From Phoronis australis (Eukaryota; Animalia; Phoronida): 64,000 nucleotides of DNA. Below the pieces are notes generated by a model that saw only the letters and a list, made by a program, of their open reading frames with translations, ran no database searches and had not been told where the DNA came from. Both the position numbers and the translations under genes were made by a program. Location: positions 1 to 64,000 of the forward strand of contig NMRA01000996.1 of the NCBI GenBank assembly GCA_002633005.1, read 5' to 3'. The first letter of the stretch is position 1; each line of letters begins with the position of its first letter. Positions 12,701-26,433 of the stretch are shown here, piece by piece.

Positions 12701-15700
12701 TGTCATTAAAGTTTAATCTTTATTAGAACTCAAATAATAAAATAAAAACGAAAGTGCAAGTATGGTGATAACCAAACTGAAGATTTGGAATCTCTGGACA
12801 ATTTTGGTTGGGCTGACTATATATAACTATTTTAGCTCTTTGTCAGTAATAAAAAATGATAAGTGGGCACAACTGTTTCCTGGTAAAAAATCTGGTTAAA
12901 CGAGATGGAAAGAATATTAAAAAATGAATCCACGTGATATTGTTAACTATGATCAGCGTTCTGCTTTTTTGGTTTAATTGCAAGCTTAGTCCGGTAGAAG
13001 TGTAGACGTTTAAAAATTTTGAATTGAAAGTGATCGTCAATTATATAAGTATGTTGTTCATCCAGTGTCCACTTTGATTGTGGATTGGTGGATTGACATC
13101 CATGCGTGTACACGTTTGAGCATTTCTGTTCTTTTAAATTCAGTGAGTTCATTACAGGCAGTCCTTTGTTGTGCTCAAAATCCAGATATTCAGCTACCGT
13201 GTTTTCTTGCACTGAGAATACCCCGTCGAGCATTTTCACGTTGTGATGATCAATGAAAATCTTCTCTAGTCAATCAATGTCAATGGTCCACAACCCTGCA
13301 GACTTCATACGAGCTACAAACCTGATGCAAAAGATTTCCAAGGTTCTATGTCACTATGGCGAAGTTTCAATACTCCGAAGGTCCTGTACTCCAAATGTCT
13401 ACTACTCCGAAGGTTTCTTACCTTCTAAAATTCACTACTGTGAATTTCCACTATTCCAAAACTCCGACAGTTCTCTACTCTTGATTGTGTGATCATTACT
13501 CATATTCTCAAGCAGATACAACATCTGGGGCACACATAAAGGCTGCGGCGACCAGCGGCAGTTTCAAATTTAGGAAGACTGAATGGGATTCCCCGACTTC
13601 GTGAGAACTGGCAGGGACAGGGTGGCCTACTAACTTCATTGAGTTTCGACCCGGCCATATTCGTCGCAGTGCAATGCTATCTTGACATGGGGATCTGATG
13701 AATGTTTCATGGTTGATAATTCATCAGTATGCTACTTCAGATCATTTTAAAATGCAAGTGCGTACTCATTTTAAGACATGCGAGCAATTTCTCGATCATG
13801 CGCAGTGAAATCTGTCCACCGTTTCCTAAGTTGTGCTTGTCATCTGGAGAGGGTGGTCACTGTCTACATGAAATCCTAACAGAGTGCTTTAGGGCAAATC
13901 CGTGAAAAGGTCAACCTTGACCCAAAAATTAAAGTTGTGGCTACACTAATATTTCTGGTCTCAACTGAAAGTCCATTCTCTTTAGTTTCAGGTCCCATAT
14001 TTGACTGTCTTATAACGTTCAATTTTTTGCTTAAATGGACCCATTTTTGGGATCACTTGACCCTAAAAAATTAGCTCAATTTTCATGTGTGTTTTGCTAA
14101 TTATTGTCATAAAAAGCTAATTATGGGGATTTCACTATACTATCAATTTTGGGCAGTCACATGAATTCCAAACTTTATAACTTTCGCACATTATTGACCT
14201 ATTGGGGTCAAAGGTCAACTCCTGCATATCATGGTGCCATACATCCATCACAAAAAGTGTTAAAAATTTTAGTTAGGAAAACTATTAGTAATTTGAAATT
14301 TGGAAGTCAACTCAAACTTTGAAACAAATTTAGAAAAGAAACTTTGATACTTGTACTGGCGACTTGGAATTTCCCCAGGTCACCAAACACAATCTGAGGT
14401 CGCATTGGTGACCTGCAGGTCGAGCGCTGGATGCTGTTAAGAGTACGACTGATGTTTGTTGCATGTGTCCGACTACCGTGGTGTCCCCAAGTGGCAATTG
14501 TGGAATCTGCAGCTGTATTTTTTTAATGAACGGTTGCAAGATCTTTGTAAAATTTGGTATGTGTATTTCTATTCATTTGGCAACACATGAATGGTTCTGA
14601 CAACTGCTGTGCTTCCAAGTAAAAAGTTGATGTTTTATGATCATGTCTATATCCTTGGAACTCCTGGACTGATTTTCATGAAATTTGGCAATAAGGACAC
14701 AACACCATGTTCCTATTTTCGATTTGGTTCAATGCACCATCTAGTGACTGTTTTATGATGCTATTATTATGTGCACTGAGCGTAGTCTCGATTAATAGCA
14801 ATCTGACAATACTTTGCAAGCCTAGGAATCATTCATTTCAGTTAAGGAATAAGTTGAAGCCAATTTTATACTTGGTAATTGTCAAAGTCAAAAGTTTCCT
14901 CATTTGTCTGAATGCCGCGTTAAAGCTGCAGGAGATTCCGTTGACTTTCAGCCAGACAATTTTGCAAATTTCAATTTGCCTGCAAAGCCATATGATCAAT
15001 AATTGTGTTTCCATGGTTACTACCCTTGAACCATGTAAATGAACACTGCTTTGGAGCTCTCTGTTTAGAACCTCCATCTCTAATAATTATTCCCTGATGT
15101 GAAATGTACTGTTTTGTCAGCACTTGTAGCCTGTCTTTTCAGTTATTGGGGGTTAATTATTTAATTTAATGTGTCCTTACAATATGTGAAATCTCAATAT
15201 TGCCAAAGCCCAAGTACTTACAGACTGTAAATCTAAAGGCCCAGTCTTCAGACTGGAATTATTACTTAGGGTAGTTAGCTGCCTGCAATCTTACTGTTGA
15301 AGCCATCAAGGAACTCTACTGGTTGCATTCTTTTACCATTAAGGACCATTACATGGCCAGCCAATAAGGCCAGTTCCATTTATATACTGATGAACTAAAT
15401 CAGCCATTTTGAAAAAGTGGCTGCTACTTCATGTGTTGAATGAGTGTTTCAATTAATGTGAAAAGTATTTCACTCATTTTCACAATTCATAATGTTAAGT
15501 TTGGTAAAGTTACGCCAATTTAAAATAACTAAAATTTAATGTTACTGATCATTCTCACTCTGCTAGGGGTGAGTATATCAAACTTTCATTTTTTAAAAAC
15601 CCTTGCAATGCCATTCAAAAACCCTTTTTGCTTCAAGTTTTTGTAGTGGAACTGTTTGTTTTCTTACTGCCAGTTATACTTCCTAATCTACCACATGGTG

Positions 15701-16826
15701 ATCTCACTGGCCTAATGGAGTTCATTGATTGCTAATGCACAGATTGGTTGACCATTGCTACTTTGAACATTTAGGAATTGGAAGTTTGTGGTTTTAACTT
15801 GACCTACTTTGCATTGTGTGGGTTCTTAAATTAGTCATTTCTATTATTTAAGATAATTTGAATTTCACTTTCAGAAGTTCATGGTTACAACATTCTCATT
15901 AATGTTTAACCATTTGGATGTTAGTGGCCTGACCTAACACCCAGTCTAAAAGTTTTCAATTATTTTAAATGATATAGTGAATGCCACTCTCAGTTTACAA
16001 CAGTACTTTGATTGGGTGACCAGCAGGTCACCAATGTGACCTCGGATTTTTTTCGACCTGGTAAAAATCTCAAATTGCCACTCACACAAATCTGAGACCG
16101 TGCTCAAAATACGGCTTAATGCAAAGTAAAACAGCCGGGTGTTGGAATCATTTGATAGAATCTCGAACAGCGTAATGATGAATCATGTGCAGATGGCGTG
16201 TCTTGGTTGCTGGCTTCCCCTTTAGGTAGGAGGCAGGTTAGGCATGGGCCCAGCATTAAATCAATCTTGCATGCAGGTTAAACTGTTAAAGTCACATCAT
16301 TGTGATTAGTTATCTTCCGAGTGTAGCTGAGCACCTGTTGAAGCAGGTAAGAGTCCTTAAACCCTCCTTCCTGCATGAGGAGGTATTCCCCCAACAAAGG
16401 CAAGAAGCTGTTTATGTTGTGATTACATGTATAACATTTTTAATCATCAAAGTCGACCTCTATGACTTTGGCAGTGAGCCAATCTCTAGTGCACGGCCCG
16501 CGTGTTGCTTTTTAGTTACGGTCATGCACATTGTATTATTTTATCACTGTCTGTAACGCACTACACCAGTGATCTGCCAAAGTTGTCAAGAGCTAGATAT
16601 TTGGCCACCAGGGGCACGACTCTTGTACCTGGATGGCGCCACCTATCGGATTGCTACCATGTGAGCCAGAGATGTGTTTTATGTGGAATACTGGGCTGGA
16701 TTACAAGTAATCGGTCTTTACAGAGCTTACTATTTCTTCTAATTTCCCCTTCAACTGAAAGAAAATAAAGAGCGTAAGACCAGTCTTGGAATAGATATTC
16801 TTGGGAATGTTTGCCTAGATTTCCGC

Positions 16827-16854
16827 TGTGTGTGTGTCTGTGTGTGTGTGTGTG

Positions 16855-16899
<45 letters not shown>

Positions 16900-16900
16900 G
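16827..16900. repeat. Compound (TG)n/(TCTG)n microsatellite, probably inside a dispersed repeat
   Basis: Directly visible; the flank at 16940-16975 resembles the 14361-14421 / 16018-16085 repeats. Confidence 0.95.
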
Positions 16901-17194
16901 GGCCAGGACTTTCGCACATCGTGGTTTGAAAAACTCGTTTTCTGTTTGGGGACCTGGAAATTTTGCCAGATCGCATTTGGCATGTTGATGTTATGATAAG
17001 GGTCGAGCTGTGTTTTAAGGAAATTAAAACTGATTTTAAATTCCAAGTGTGCTTCATTCTGAAGTACTTGCAGTAAGACCAATTCACTAGTACCTACCAG
17101 TTTTAACAGAAACTCTGTAAATTGTTCCTACTGTTGCACTACCCAGTTTTCTGCCGTTGACTTTTTCATATGCCAGGTATAATGTCTCTTTCAG

Positions 17195-17383
17195 ATGATG
17201 GGTTTAGCCATCCTGGCTATAGGAATCTGGATGAAGGTGGATCTTTATCGTTACATGCAGCTGACCACTGTTTACTATGAAGAGGCTCCCTTCGTCCTGA
17301 TTGGTATTGGAGCTTTGATCGTCATTATTGGAGGGCTTGGGTGCTGTTGTGCTTGCAAAGGTCATGGCCGCCTACTGTATATG
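17195..17383 (+). CDS. TSPAN7: Tetraspanin exon 2 (TM1 end, small loop, TM2)
   Basis: Acceptor tttcag|; MMGLAILAIGIW...GLGCCCACKGHGRLLYM; donor gtatgt at 17384. Confidence 0.93.
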
Positions 17384-20300
17384 GTATGTGTATTGTGACC
17401 TACTGCTGTGACCAGTGGTTTGGGGAATAATGTGTCTTGATATCAAAGAAATGCGATTTGGAAAGTCTGTGGTTTAGTGTGCCGTCAAATTTATGAATTT
17501 TGTCTTTGCTACATTATGACTCAAAAACATGTCGTTTACTCGATTTTCATAGATCAACATTTAGCATACAGCATGAGTAGCAACATCCAGTAACTGTCAA
17601 CAATCATAAATTACGTAATGCGGCTTCAATGTCATCTTCATTATTTGTCATTCAGTAATTGCTCAAGAGTAATTTGAAAATTTGTTGGGATATGATTCCC
17701 ACCCGCAGCCATCCAGCTGCTTTTAGATCCTTGCACTCCTTTTTTGAGGATTTCTATATTTTTTGTTTGACAGTTTTTTATATGTTGCCATCAAACCAAG
17801 TCCTTAGTGATGTTTTCCAGGCAATAGTCACTTGCAGGATATCATAGTTTGAGAACCAGTTTGATGCTTATTAATCAGTGAAGTAAACTGGTTCTCAAAA
17901 TGTCGGACCTCATGTATTATAAAGTCCAAGTGATAGGACATGTTCGGTGATTTGGACTTAGTCTACTGTTCATTCTGTTTAGTAGTGCTCATGATGTATC
18001 ATCTCTAGGTAACAATCCTGAAGCCCTTTGGGATCCCGATTCTTAACACTGTTTGACTATGTTCTTGTTGAAGCTTGTGTATGCCTACTGTTCATTACAG
18101 TGACATGTCCATACTTGGTTTCTGTCTATATTTACACTCTTATCTCTGTTTAGTTTACTATATTGGAGAACACCTGACTGACTTCAGAAGATAAGAAGTC
18201 AAGGGTAGACCAACTTACACCCTGACTATAACAAATTGCAACTTGTGTTGAGGAATGCATTCTTGGTTAAGATAAGATGCACAGGTTATTTAATAACATT
18301 TTAGATCTTAAATCAAAACAAAGTTAATTATTATATTATTCAACTTGACTAAAACATATGTATCATGCAATCTTGAGAACAACGAAAACTTCAATGTTTT
18401 TAAAAGCATTGCAATTTTGATATTCCCGAATAGCACAGTGTGCACTGATGTAAGGATAAACAGTTGAGGAAATCATATTAAGTTTTCCATTAAATGAGAG
18501 CATGAAGTTGGAAGACATCAGAGCACACGTGATAAACTGCCTGTGGTTGAAAAACAACTAATGGATTTCGTCAAAAGTAGCATTTCATAGAGTTCAGAAT
18601 GAAACTGCAAATCGTTACTAACAGAATTAGTGGAGATTTTTTTCCCTGAAATAGTATTGATTTTTGGTGAGAATATATTCATCAACCTCGTTTCGAAACC
18701 TGCAGTACGTTGGCATTCCGTGCTAAGAGTTCGCAAGTGGTAAACTGTACTCTAAAAGGTTTTAGCTGTTCTAGTGAAAATCTGTAGTAAAACGTAGAGG
18801 CGTTGTTTTATGGTGTGGTTTAATTGTTATAAGGTGACTGAGTAAGCCCACTCAGGCTGGGGGGTTGAATATTCTGTATTTGGGATTATGTACGCACTGG
18901 CACTCTTATGTCATTGTAATAAATATGTAATAAATAGAAGGATGGTACTTAATGTTATTTAGGGCATTGTTGACAAGTAAGGTATTTTGACTCTGTGATC
19001 TCACATTTGTAGAAAGCCTGCAGAGTTTGATTTTTGACCATACCAATCTCCCATGAATTGGGTCACGTGACCTTGTAATTAATAAAATTTAACAAAAGGA
19101 AAGCTACATTGATCTAAAACAAAGATGCTAATAACATGATCGAATTTCATTTGGTAAATGTTCAAGATGAGATCTCAAAAACTGTGTTATAGTAAAATAT
19201 AATTTCAGTTTTTATTTTATACAACTTGAGTTTGATCACGGAAACAAAAAATAAAAGTCCCTCATGCTAACGTTAGTAGGGCATTTTGAAAACAATTCCT
19301 AACACCGGTTCGGAGAACAGTGCCTTAAACCATTGTAGCTGAAAATTTCATATTAAGTGGCTAACCAATTTCTGATATATGATATTCAGTCTAAAGTTTG
19401 CCAGGTTTGACATTTTGGTAAGCTCCTACACACCCTGAAACACTTCCCTATTACTATTGTCATAGAGGCATGCACTTGCTGATACAGTAATGCCACATGA
19501 CACAACGCAGTGATAGGTGGCTGTTTGTAGTCAGCGTTATCAAATGGCCTGCGTTCTCATGACTACCTGTTGTCATGTTTTGTCACACCTGTGACCCTGA
19601 TCAATACGTACTTGCCTGGAGCTATAGCTAACGAGGCATAATTTCTACAACCAGGTTTTGACTCTTGATTGATCAAATAAAAAACTCCTTTTTAATAAAA
19701 GCCATGCACCGTGACATCTGCACGAAATGTGAATCAAGTAGAGGATGCTGCTGTATTACACCGAAATGTTCTGTTGTATAGTGAAGAAGGCTTAAGGTTT
19801 ATTGCTGGACTTGTATGAGAAAAATGTCCAATTTTGGCCAACTTCGGAACATCATATCTCAAAAATGTCTGGTCGAATTAACGTGAAACTTTAGGACACT
19901 ATGCTTTGTATACTGTTCTCTAAAATTCTTTTAGGGATTGTTTTTAGTATTCAACCTTTGCGTTACGGGCTATCAAAAATAAGATTTTTATGAAAAAATA
20001 TGCATAAAATGAAATCAGAATGATTTCGGAATACTGTAATCAACATTTTTGAGATTTTATCTTAATCATTTACATCATACACAGTTAGCTTATTTTTGAT
20101 CCCGTTGTTTTGTTATGAATTTACCTTTTATTTCTTTTTGACTAAATTTTTCTAAAACATTTTGGTCACATGTCCTAATTAATGACATGTTAGTGTAGTC
20201 AAAAATCGAATTATACAGAATTTCTACTTTCAGATGCCGAGTTAAATTCTATGGTTTTGAATATAATTTGGCTAAATGTACAAATTTGTGGGTAAGGTCC

Positions 20301-21409
20301 TACTTAAAATCGCAGACTTGTTGAGTTTCCACACATTTCAAGCATGGTCCAACCCAAAATGATGATTATCTCACTTATGATTTATTTCCTGATGACATGT
20401 TTTCTGTTCGATTGCCTGCTTACATTAAAACAGAGCTTTGTGAGAATACCAACATGAGTACTTGTCAACATGTTTCACTTTCTGTCATATAGCAAAAAGA
20501 AAGAACTTGTGCCAACTCCATACTGTTCCGTGCATTTCCTGGCTTTGACACTTGGGCAGAATTTGTACATTTTTGTTTTTTGCTTTGTTTTTTCCGGTGA
20601 TGTCACAATTTCCANTCGGACTCCTACGTTCGTCATGTGTATGTTATTAACTTCTTTTGTTCATCCTCACCACCATCTTCGTCATATTCGTCATCTTTGT
20701 CATCATCTTTATCGTCATCTTTTTGGTTAATTTCGCCAAGGTTCGCTCCTCGGAGCGCTTTCATTTGCTTTGTTTTTTCCGGTGATGTCACAATTTCCAA
20801 AGTACGTATCACAGGAACAGATGTGTTTATCCTCCTGCATATTTTAGAAATTATTTAAGGTTGTGGGGACCTATATGAATAATTTGCCTTCTCCTACTGC
20901 GTACACAGCTAGGCTCTTCACTTATTCGTCATGCGGTGTTAAGCACAATTTATTTTGCGAAAATTTTCAACCTAGATTTAAGAAAATTGAGTCATTTAGT
21001 ATGATCTTATCTCACTTTGTAGTGTGTAGATGTCAAAGCAAATGTTCTCTTTGTAAAATATCCTTTATTTCTAGTAGTGGTAACCAGGCTTTGGAAAATT
21101 ATCTGTAGAAAAAATCAAGTTTTGGTATTTTTTGTTTTTGTACAAATTAAGCATATTCACTGTGAACTTGCTGTTATTTTCTGTTCTCTTCAGTCTTCTG
21201 GCTGATGCAGTTTGTTTGTGAATAAATTATTCAAGACACAAAATTTAAATTCAATCGATCGAATTGTACATATAGCTCTGTAGTTTACTTCATGTACTTA
21301 TTTCCAACTGGGCCCACTTGAGAATCTGTATTCACTGAAGTGGTCACCCTGTCTTTTAAAGAAGTTTAAGCAAATAAATAAACAACTGTCTGTTATTTTC
21401 TTTTTTCAG

Positions 21410-21484
21410 TATGCTCTGTTCTTGATGATCATCTTCATCGCTGATTTGGCCGCTGGTATAGCTGGGTTTGTTTACCGCCAGAAG
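21410..21484 (+). CDS. TSPAN7: Tetraspanin exon 3 (TM3)
   Basis: Polypyrimidine tract plus cag|; YALFLMIIFIADLAAGIAGFVYRQK; donor gtgggt at 21485; absent from the ORF track (short). Confidence 0.9.
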
Positions 21485-23712
21485 GTGGGTTGAGTTATGG
21501 TGCCTTGTGTTATTTAAACCATTTTAGAAGACGGTTAATCCCTTTTCAGTAAAATTTTCATGAGTTGTAACTTAGGACCTGTTCTTATCGAAACCTTCTT
21601 TCATGGTGCCGCAACAGTTATAAATTAATGGCATCTGATGCTATATTCAAACGTTGCATTGTGATAGGTCTTATTGTGCTGGATTGTGCACCAACTAAGT
21701 TTGAAATAACTGATTTGATTGAAGAATTTTGTGATATGCCACGGAATTCTGAACCGGGGGGCTTTTCTTTGCCGTTTACGCGGTCGTGTTTTTCATCAAC
21801 CGATGTATCTCAGACATGGATCCCTTCATACCAGTTGCCGTGACTGGACAGCACCACAATATTATTGAAGTTCAGTGAAAATATTAACATTATTGCTGCA
21901 GGATAACAGACACTGTTCAATGAAAATACCACTTGGCTAATTCTTGAACTGTTGCACTTGCATTCTGTTCCAATTAATGTTAGCAGCATCATCCTGCATA
22001 CCTCTCAATCTGTATTACTGGAAATTCCTGTGTTATCACAATCTGCTACACTGTATCAGAATTGGTTCTGTAGCTTTCTGTTGAGTTGAATAATACCAAG
22101 TTTTGAGAGTAGGTTGTTCTCTAAAAATGTAGCAGCCTGTTGTCAGACAATGTCTAATTGCCCTCATGTCACACAAATCAATCACTGTCTGACTAACTTG
22201 CACAGGTATTTAAAAGTTAATATCCATAGCGCCTGCATCAGTTACCTGTCAATGCGGGTACTGAATAATGAATACTTATGCTACTCAGCAGAACAACTAT
22301 GCTGCGGTGAGTCAGTAAAGACACTTGATTGTTCCTTTAGATTGAGCTTCTGAGTCAGACATGAGTGTGAACCACTGCCATGCTGTCATGTTATGACATG
22401 CCATGGCATAGTTGTTCAGTGTCTATGTTGTCATGCTAACAGTCCCTCAAAGTTTTAAAATCTTAACACTACCCAGTCACCATAAATGTGGCAGTGGTCA
22501 GATATGTCTGTGAAATTCCTGAAGGGCGGGATAGATTAGGAGTTGTAGTACTGCCACATATTCATAGAGGGCACTAGTGTGAAGGCATATTAATGCCTCT
22601 AAGCACATATTTATAGCTGTTTGATAGCGTTTTTTTTCATCGCAGTTTTTCGATATCAACTGTCATGTCATTTAAAGCAAAAGTCGTATGGATGTTGAAG
22701 CGGCTGCAATGAATTCAATTTTTGGTGATGATTTTGATGATTTAATGTCAGCAAATGTCTCAGTTGTTGAGACGAGGATGTGGATTTAGAGTGCATAAAA
22801 TATCCACAATAATGATAAGATGGGTAAATATCCAAATTTTATTGTAGGCTGGAAAGGGGTAAGGCCACGGATGAATTTAATGGCTGAGTGGTTCTGGAAA
22901 TTCGAACAAAAATAATTGCCAAAATCGTCAACTTGATGGGGGAAATTGCCAGCACCTACTGTAAAAGTGTCGGCTTATCTTCAGGCCATCTTCACAAAAT
23001 TGATGGCTCATTGTCTTTCATTTGACTAGGATGCAATGAGTGTTGGAAAACTGTTGGGTTGCCACCGAAAGCACTAACATTAAAAAAACTCAACATCACA
23101 CTGGGCTTAATAGATAAAATTGACAGTCTGCAAAAGTTCCTGCTGCCGTTGGAAAATTTTGAAACTATTAACAAAATCTTGGCTCCTGTTTCTGGAGAAT
23201 CACCTTTTATTTGTTCAAAAGTTCTTAAATTTTATTTTAAGTTACGAATTGTGTGTGAGACCATTTGTAATTTTGCAAGTGGGGTGCTAATCCTAGTCGT
23301 GTCACTGTTACAGTTGTGTCATGGCTTTGGGGTGGGGGGAGTACTTAAACACAAGGTGTGCTAACAAGACGTGTATCTGATTTGGTTGGGTTTTGCAACG
23401 GCTAGTTTAAGTAGTACAGAGATTGTCTTTTCTGATTGAAAGGGTGGTCTAACTGGCATAAAATTCTATGAATGGATGTCTCCTTCATATGAATAGCTTA
23501 CCATGACTAGCTGGCCTTTTTAGTGTCCTCTCTCTAAAAGGATGCGTGTCTTACTTTTCCAGCTTCAAATAATTGGAGAGCACCCCCCCTCGGCCTTGCC
23601 AATAGGAGGTTCTGTGCCTTCTACAGTCTCCATTTGTTATCTCTCTACTTTACAATGTTCATGTCTCTGTGACATTACATGATGTTTTGTACCATTTGTT
23701 TAATACTTTCAG

Positions 23713-23820
23713 TTGGAGAAAGGTTATGAAGACGGTCTACAGATTGCTTTGAGAATATACGGCACAGAGAGTGACAAGGACCACATCAAAACGAAAACAA
23801 TTGACGAAGTTCAACGCACT
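23713..23820 (+). CDS. TSPAN7: Tetraspanin exon 4 (large extracellular loop helices)
   Basis: tttcag|; LEKGYEDGLQIALRIYGTESDKDHIKTKTIDEVQRT (D-x-x-Q before CCG is typical); donor gtaatc at 23821. Confidence 0.88.
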
Positions 23821-24235
23821 GTAATCATACTTCTTATGAGTTAGAAGCAATTTCATGCAGTTAACTATATTTGATAGTCAGCACATTGCATGTTAAATTA
23901 TATCGCAGAATTTATCACGAGATGGATGACACAGTAATTAGTGCTGCGCTCCATGTGCTGTCCGTAGGATTGAGTCAAAAGATGATATGTTGCAAAATTA
24001 ATTTGAAGCAGTCAAATCAAAAATTTAATAATGAATTTATTAAGTTTATGTGTAATTAAATTTTTTCATATTATCATTATTGTTGTTCTTACGTGACATG
24101 TAATAAAAACTGTCATTAAGAATGGTTGGAAAGTTACAAAACCTTACAGCAAGTGTGTCCAGATAAAATTCTACATTGATTTAAGGATGACCAAGCAGTT
24201 CCAGCATTCACAAATGTCAACGTCTTCTCTTCCAG

Positions 24236-24400
24236 TTGAAATGCTGTGGTGTTCAGAACTACACTGACTGGTTTAGCACTCCTTGGGAGAAGGCACAGAA
24301 GGGCAAACATTCAGTTCCCACCTCTTGTTGTCAGAAACCAAAGTGTAAGACGATGGGCCTACCGGCGAAATACCATAAGAGCTCAATCATTTACTCAGAG
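24236..24400 (+). CDS. TSPAN7: Tetraspanin exon 5 (CCG motif, variable loop)
   Basis: ttccag|; LKCCGVQNYTDW...VPTSCC...KC...IYSE; donor gtgatt at 24401. Confidence 0.93.
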
Positions 24401-25308
24401 GTGATTACTTTGTACAGCGGCTAATATTGCGCTACACGCCTAAGATAATAGGACAACTTTTTTTCTTTCTCTGTCATTTTGGCTTATTCTGTTCATGGAG
24501 ATAATGTTCTTGTTCTGGTGGTGATCTCTCTGTTGTACAAACTCTAAAGATTGTGAAAATTGGCTCCGGCATTGTCGCATCATGAAAATGGCTATGCACC
24601 CAAGTTTCATATGGTTGCCATGTTGTCATAATCATTATGGCCGTATGGAGGAAGAACATCTTCGTAAATTTGTGCTGTCACTGAACAGGAAAACTGTGAA
24701 ACAAAGTAAATCATTACCAGGAAATATTGATTTTGAATGAAAATAAAAATTGCTCCAACAATTTAAAATTAATTTGAAATTCTTTTGTTAGAATTGGATG
24801 AAGTGTTTTTTTTTCAGTGCATGTGCAGTTCAGTTGCTGAAATCTTGTGTTTTACAATTGTAGACTGGTTTTGAAATGTTTTGAACACAAATTTTACACA
24901 TTTTTTAACCATTTCAACAAGCTTCTATTTTTAACTTTGACAAAAAGTAAGCGGTCTTCAATCACAGCTCATCAGTGTTAATTATGAATTATGCCTCTTG
25001 ACCTGTATTTCCCATGCGCCGATCACAAATGAATGCTGTATGTCAAGTGCTGCATGTAATGTACATTGTGTGCGTCTAGTGTGGTGTGCCTTAGTCTCCC
25101 TTACGTCGTTCTTTTTTTTGTCTTCTGCATTGACTTTTTCAGTTCTAGTGGAAGTCTCTCTCTTTTCACTGATGACACAAACTGTCCAAAAAGATGCATA
25201 GTGATCACTACTTGGTTTTCTGTGTATGATTGGGTAGTGCAGATGTTGTTTTGTGTTGTTTTTACAAATTGTCGTGACTTTTCAGTTTCACATTCTTACA
25301 AATTTCAG

Positions 25309-25392
25309 GGATGTCACAAACAGGTTGTTACCTTTTTGGAGAAAAACCTCGCTGCTATTGCCGGCGTTGTTATTGGAATTTCATTCTTGAAC
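25309..25392 (+). CDS. TSPAN7: Tetraspanin exon 6 (GC, TM4 start)
   Basis: tttcag|; GCHKQVVTFLEKNLAAIAGVVIGISFLN; donor gtaagt at 25393. Confidence 0.92.
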
Positions 25393-26220
25393 GTAAGTAT
25401 AGCTAAATTTGACCAAGTTTGTTCAAGTTTTATGTGTTGAATCTCTATTTGAAAATTTTTTCCACGCTTGAATTTCCTTGTTCCCTCACTGAGCATTGCT
25501 CTGTTAGCTTGAAAATGAGTACTGGTGAACAGGAATTCATTCCCATATTACACCATCTCTCGTGGAGATGGGGGGGGGCATGTTTGGAAAGGTGACGGCT
25601 GGTGACAGAGCGTAGGGTTTGAAGTATGGTGACGTCATAAGTTGTTCAGTAACTGTTCTAAATACAAATGTTGAAAAACAAATTTTGTGCAGGAAATGTA
25701 TGTTGTACGGCTCATTATTATTGTGCCTCATTACTGATATTGCTTGGCTATTTTGGAACGATTTCTGCCTTCACCGTCTCTGAATTTTGTCATTTCGTCA
25801 GCAATTGAGAAAATCAAGAAGCAGACGTTCTGTGTAATTAGTTGTGATGCTGTTATTAGTTGGTGGATAGGAGAAGGGTTAGACCTTAATGACGTGTGTT
25901 GAGAAAAGGGGAAAACACTTCTAAATTTTGGACGTCATGATACATGAACTGTCCGGGGGTAAATCAGGCTCGTCAAAAAATCTTGAAAAAGCGTGTTGGT
26001 CCTTCAAGTAAACAGGATTAAATCTAGTTTGCAGTGGTGAGTATTTGGTTGAAGCAATTAATAGTTTCTGTTGAGCCAATGTTTTTTCATGTGTAATCAG
26101 AAATGTTCAAGATTTAAAAGAACAGAAACAAAGCCAGGGTTCCACCCCAAACATGAACCGATACCATGTTTTTTGTTCCAAGTTCACAGTTTGGGCCTGT
26201 CCAAAATGTGGTGTTAACGA

Positions 26221-26433
26221 GGAGTTGTAGAAGTAGTGTAGTCTGCTTCCTTTATTCAAGGTCGAACGTTCAAGTCCCAGTTGGGCACCCGAGCCAGATT
26301 TTTGGCTCCTCAGCTCGGTTTTAACTATGTATTAATAAAATAATATATATTAATAAAGCTCGTAGAAGGTTCCTGGTGGTCAGTGTAATGAGCTCATATG
26401 AGCCGCTTGTGCACGTCTGATACAACGTGTACC
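26221..26433 (+). mobile_element. tRNA-derived SINE, degenerate copy 1 (tetraspanin intron 6)
   Basis: B-box-like GTTCAAGTCC; head and body align with 62405-62603. Confidence 0.6.

Noticed and set aside
16654-17087. ORFs with QTDR/CLSV repeats
   Set aside because: Translation of the TG/TCTG microsatellite
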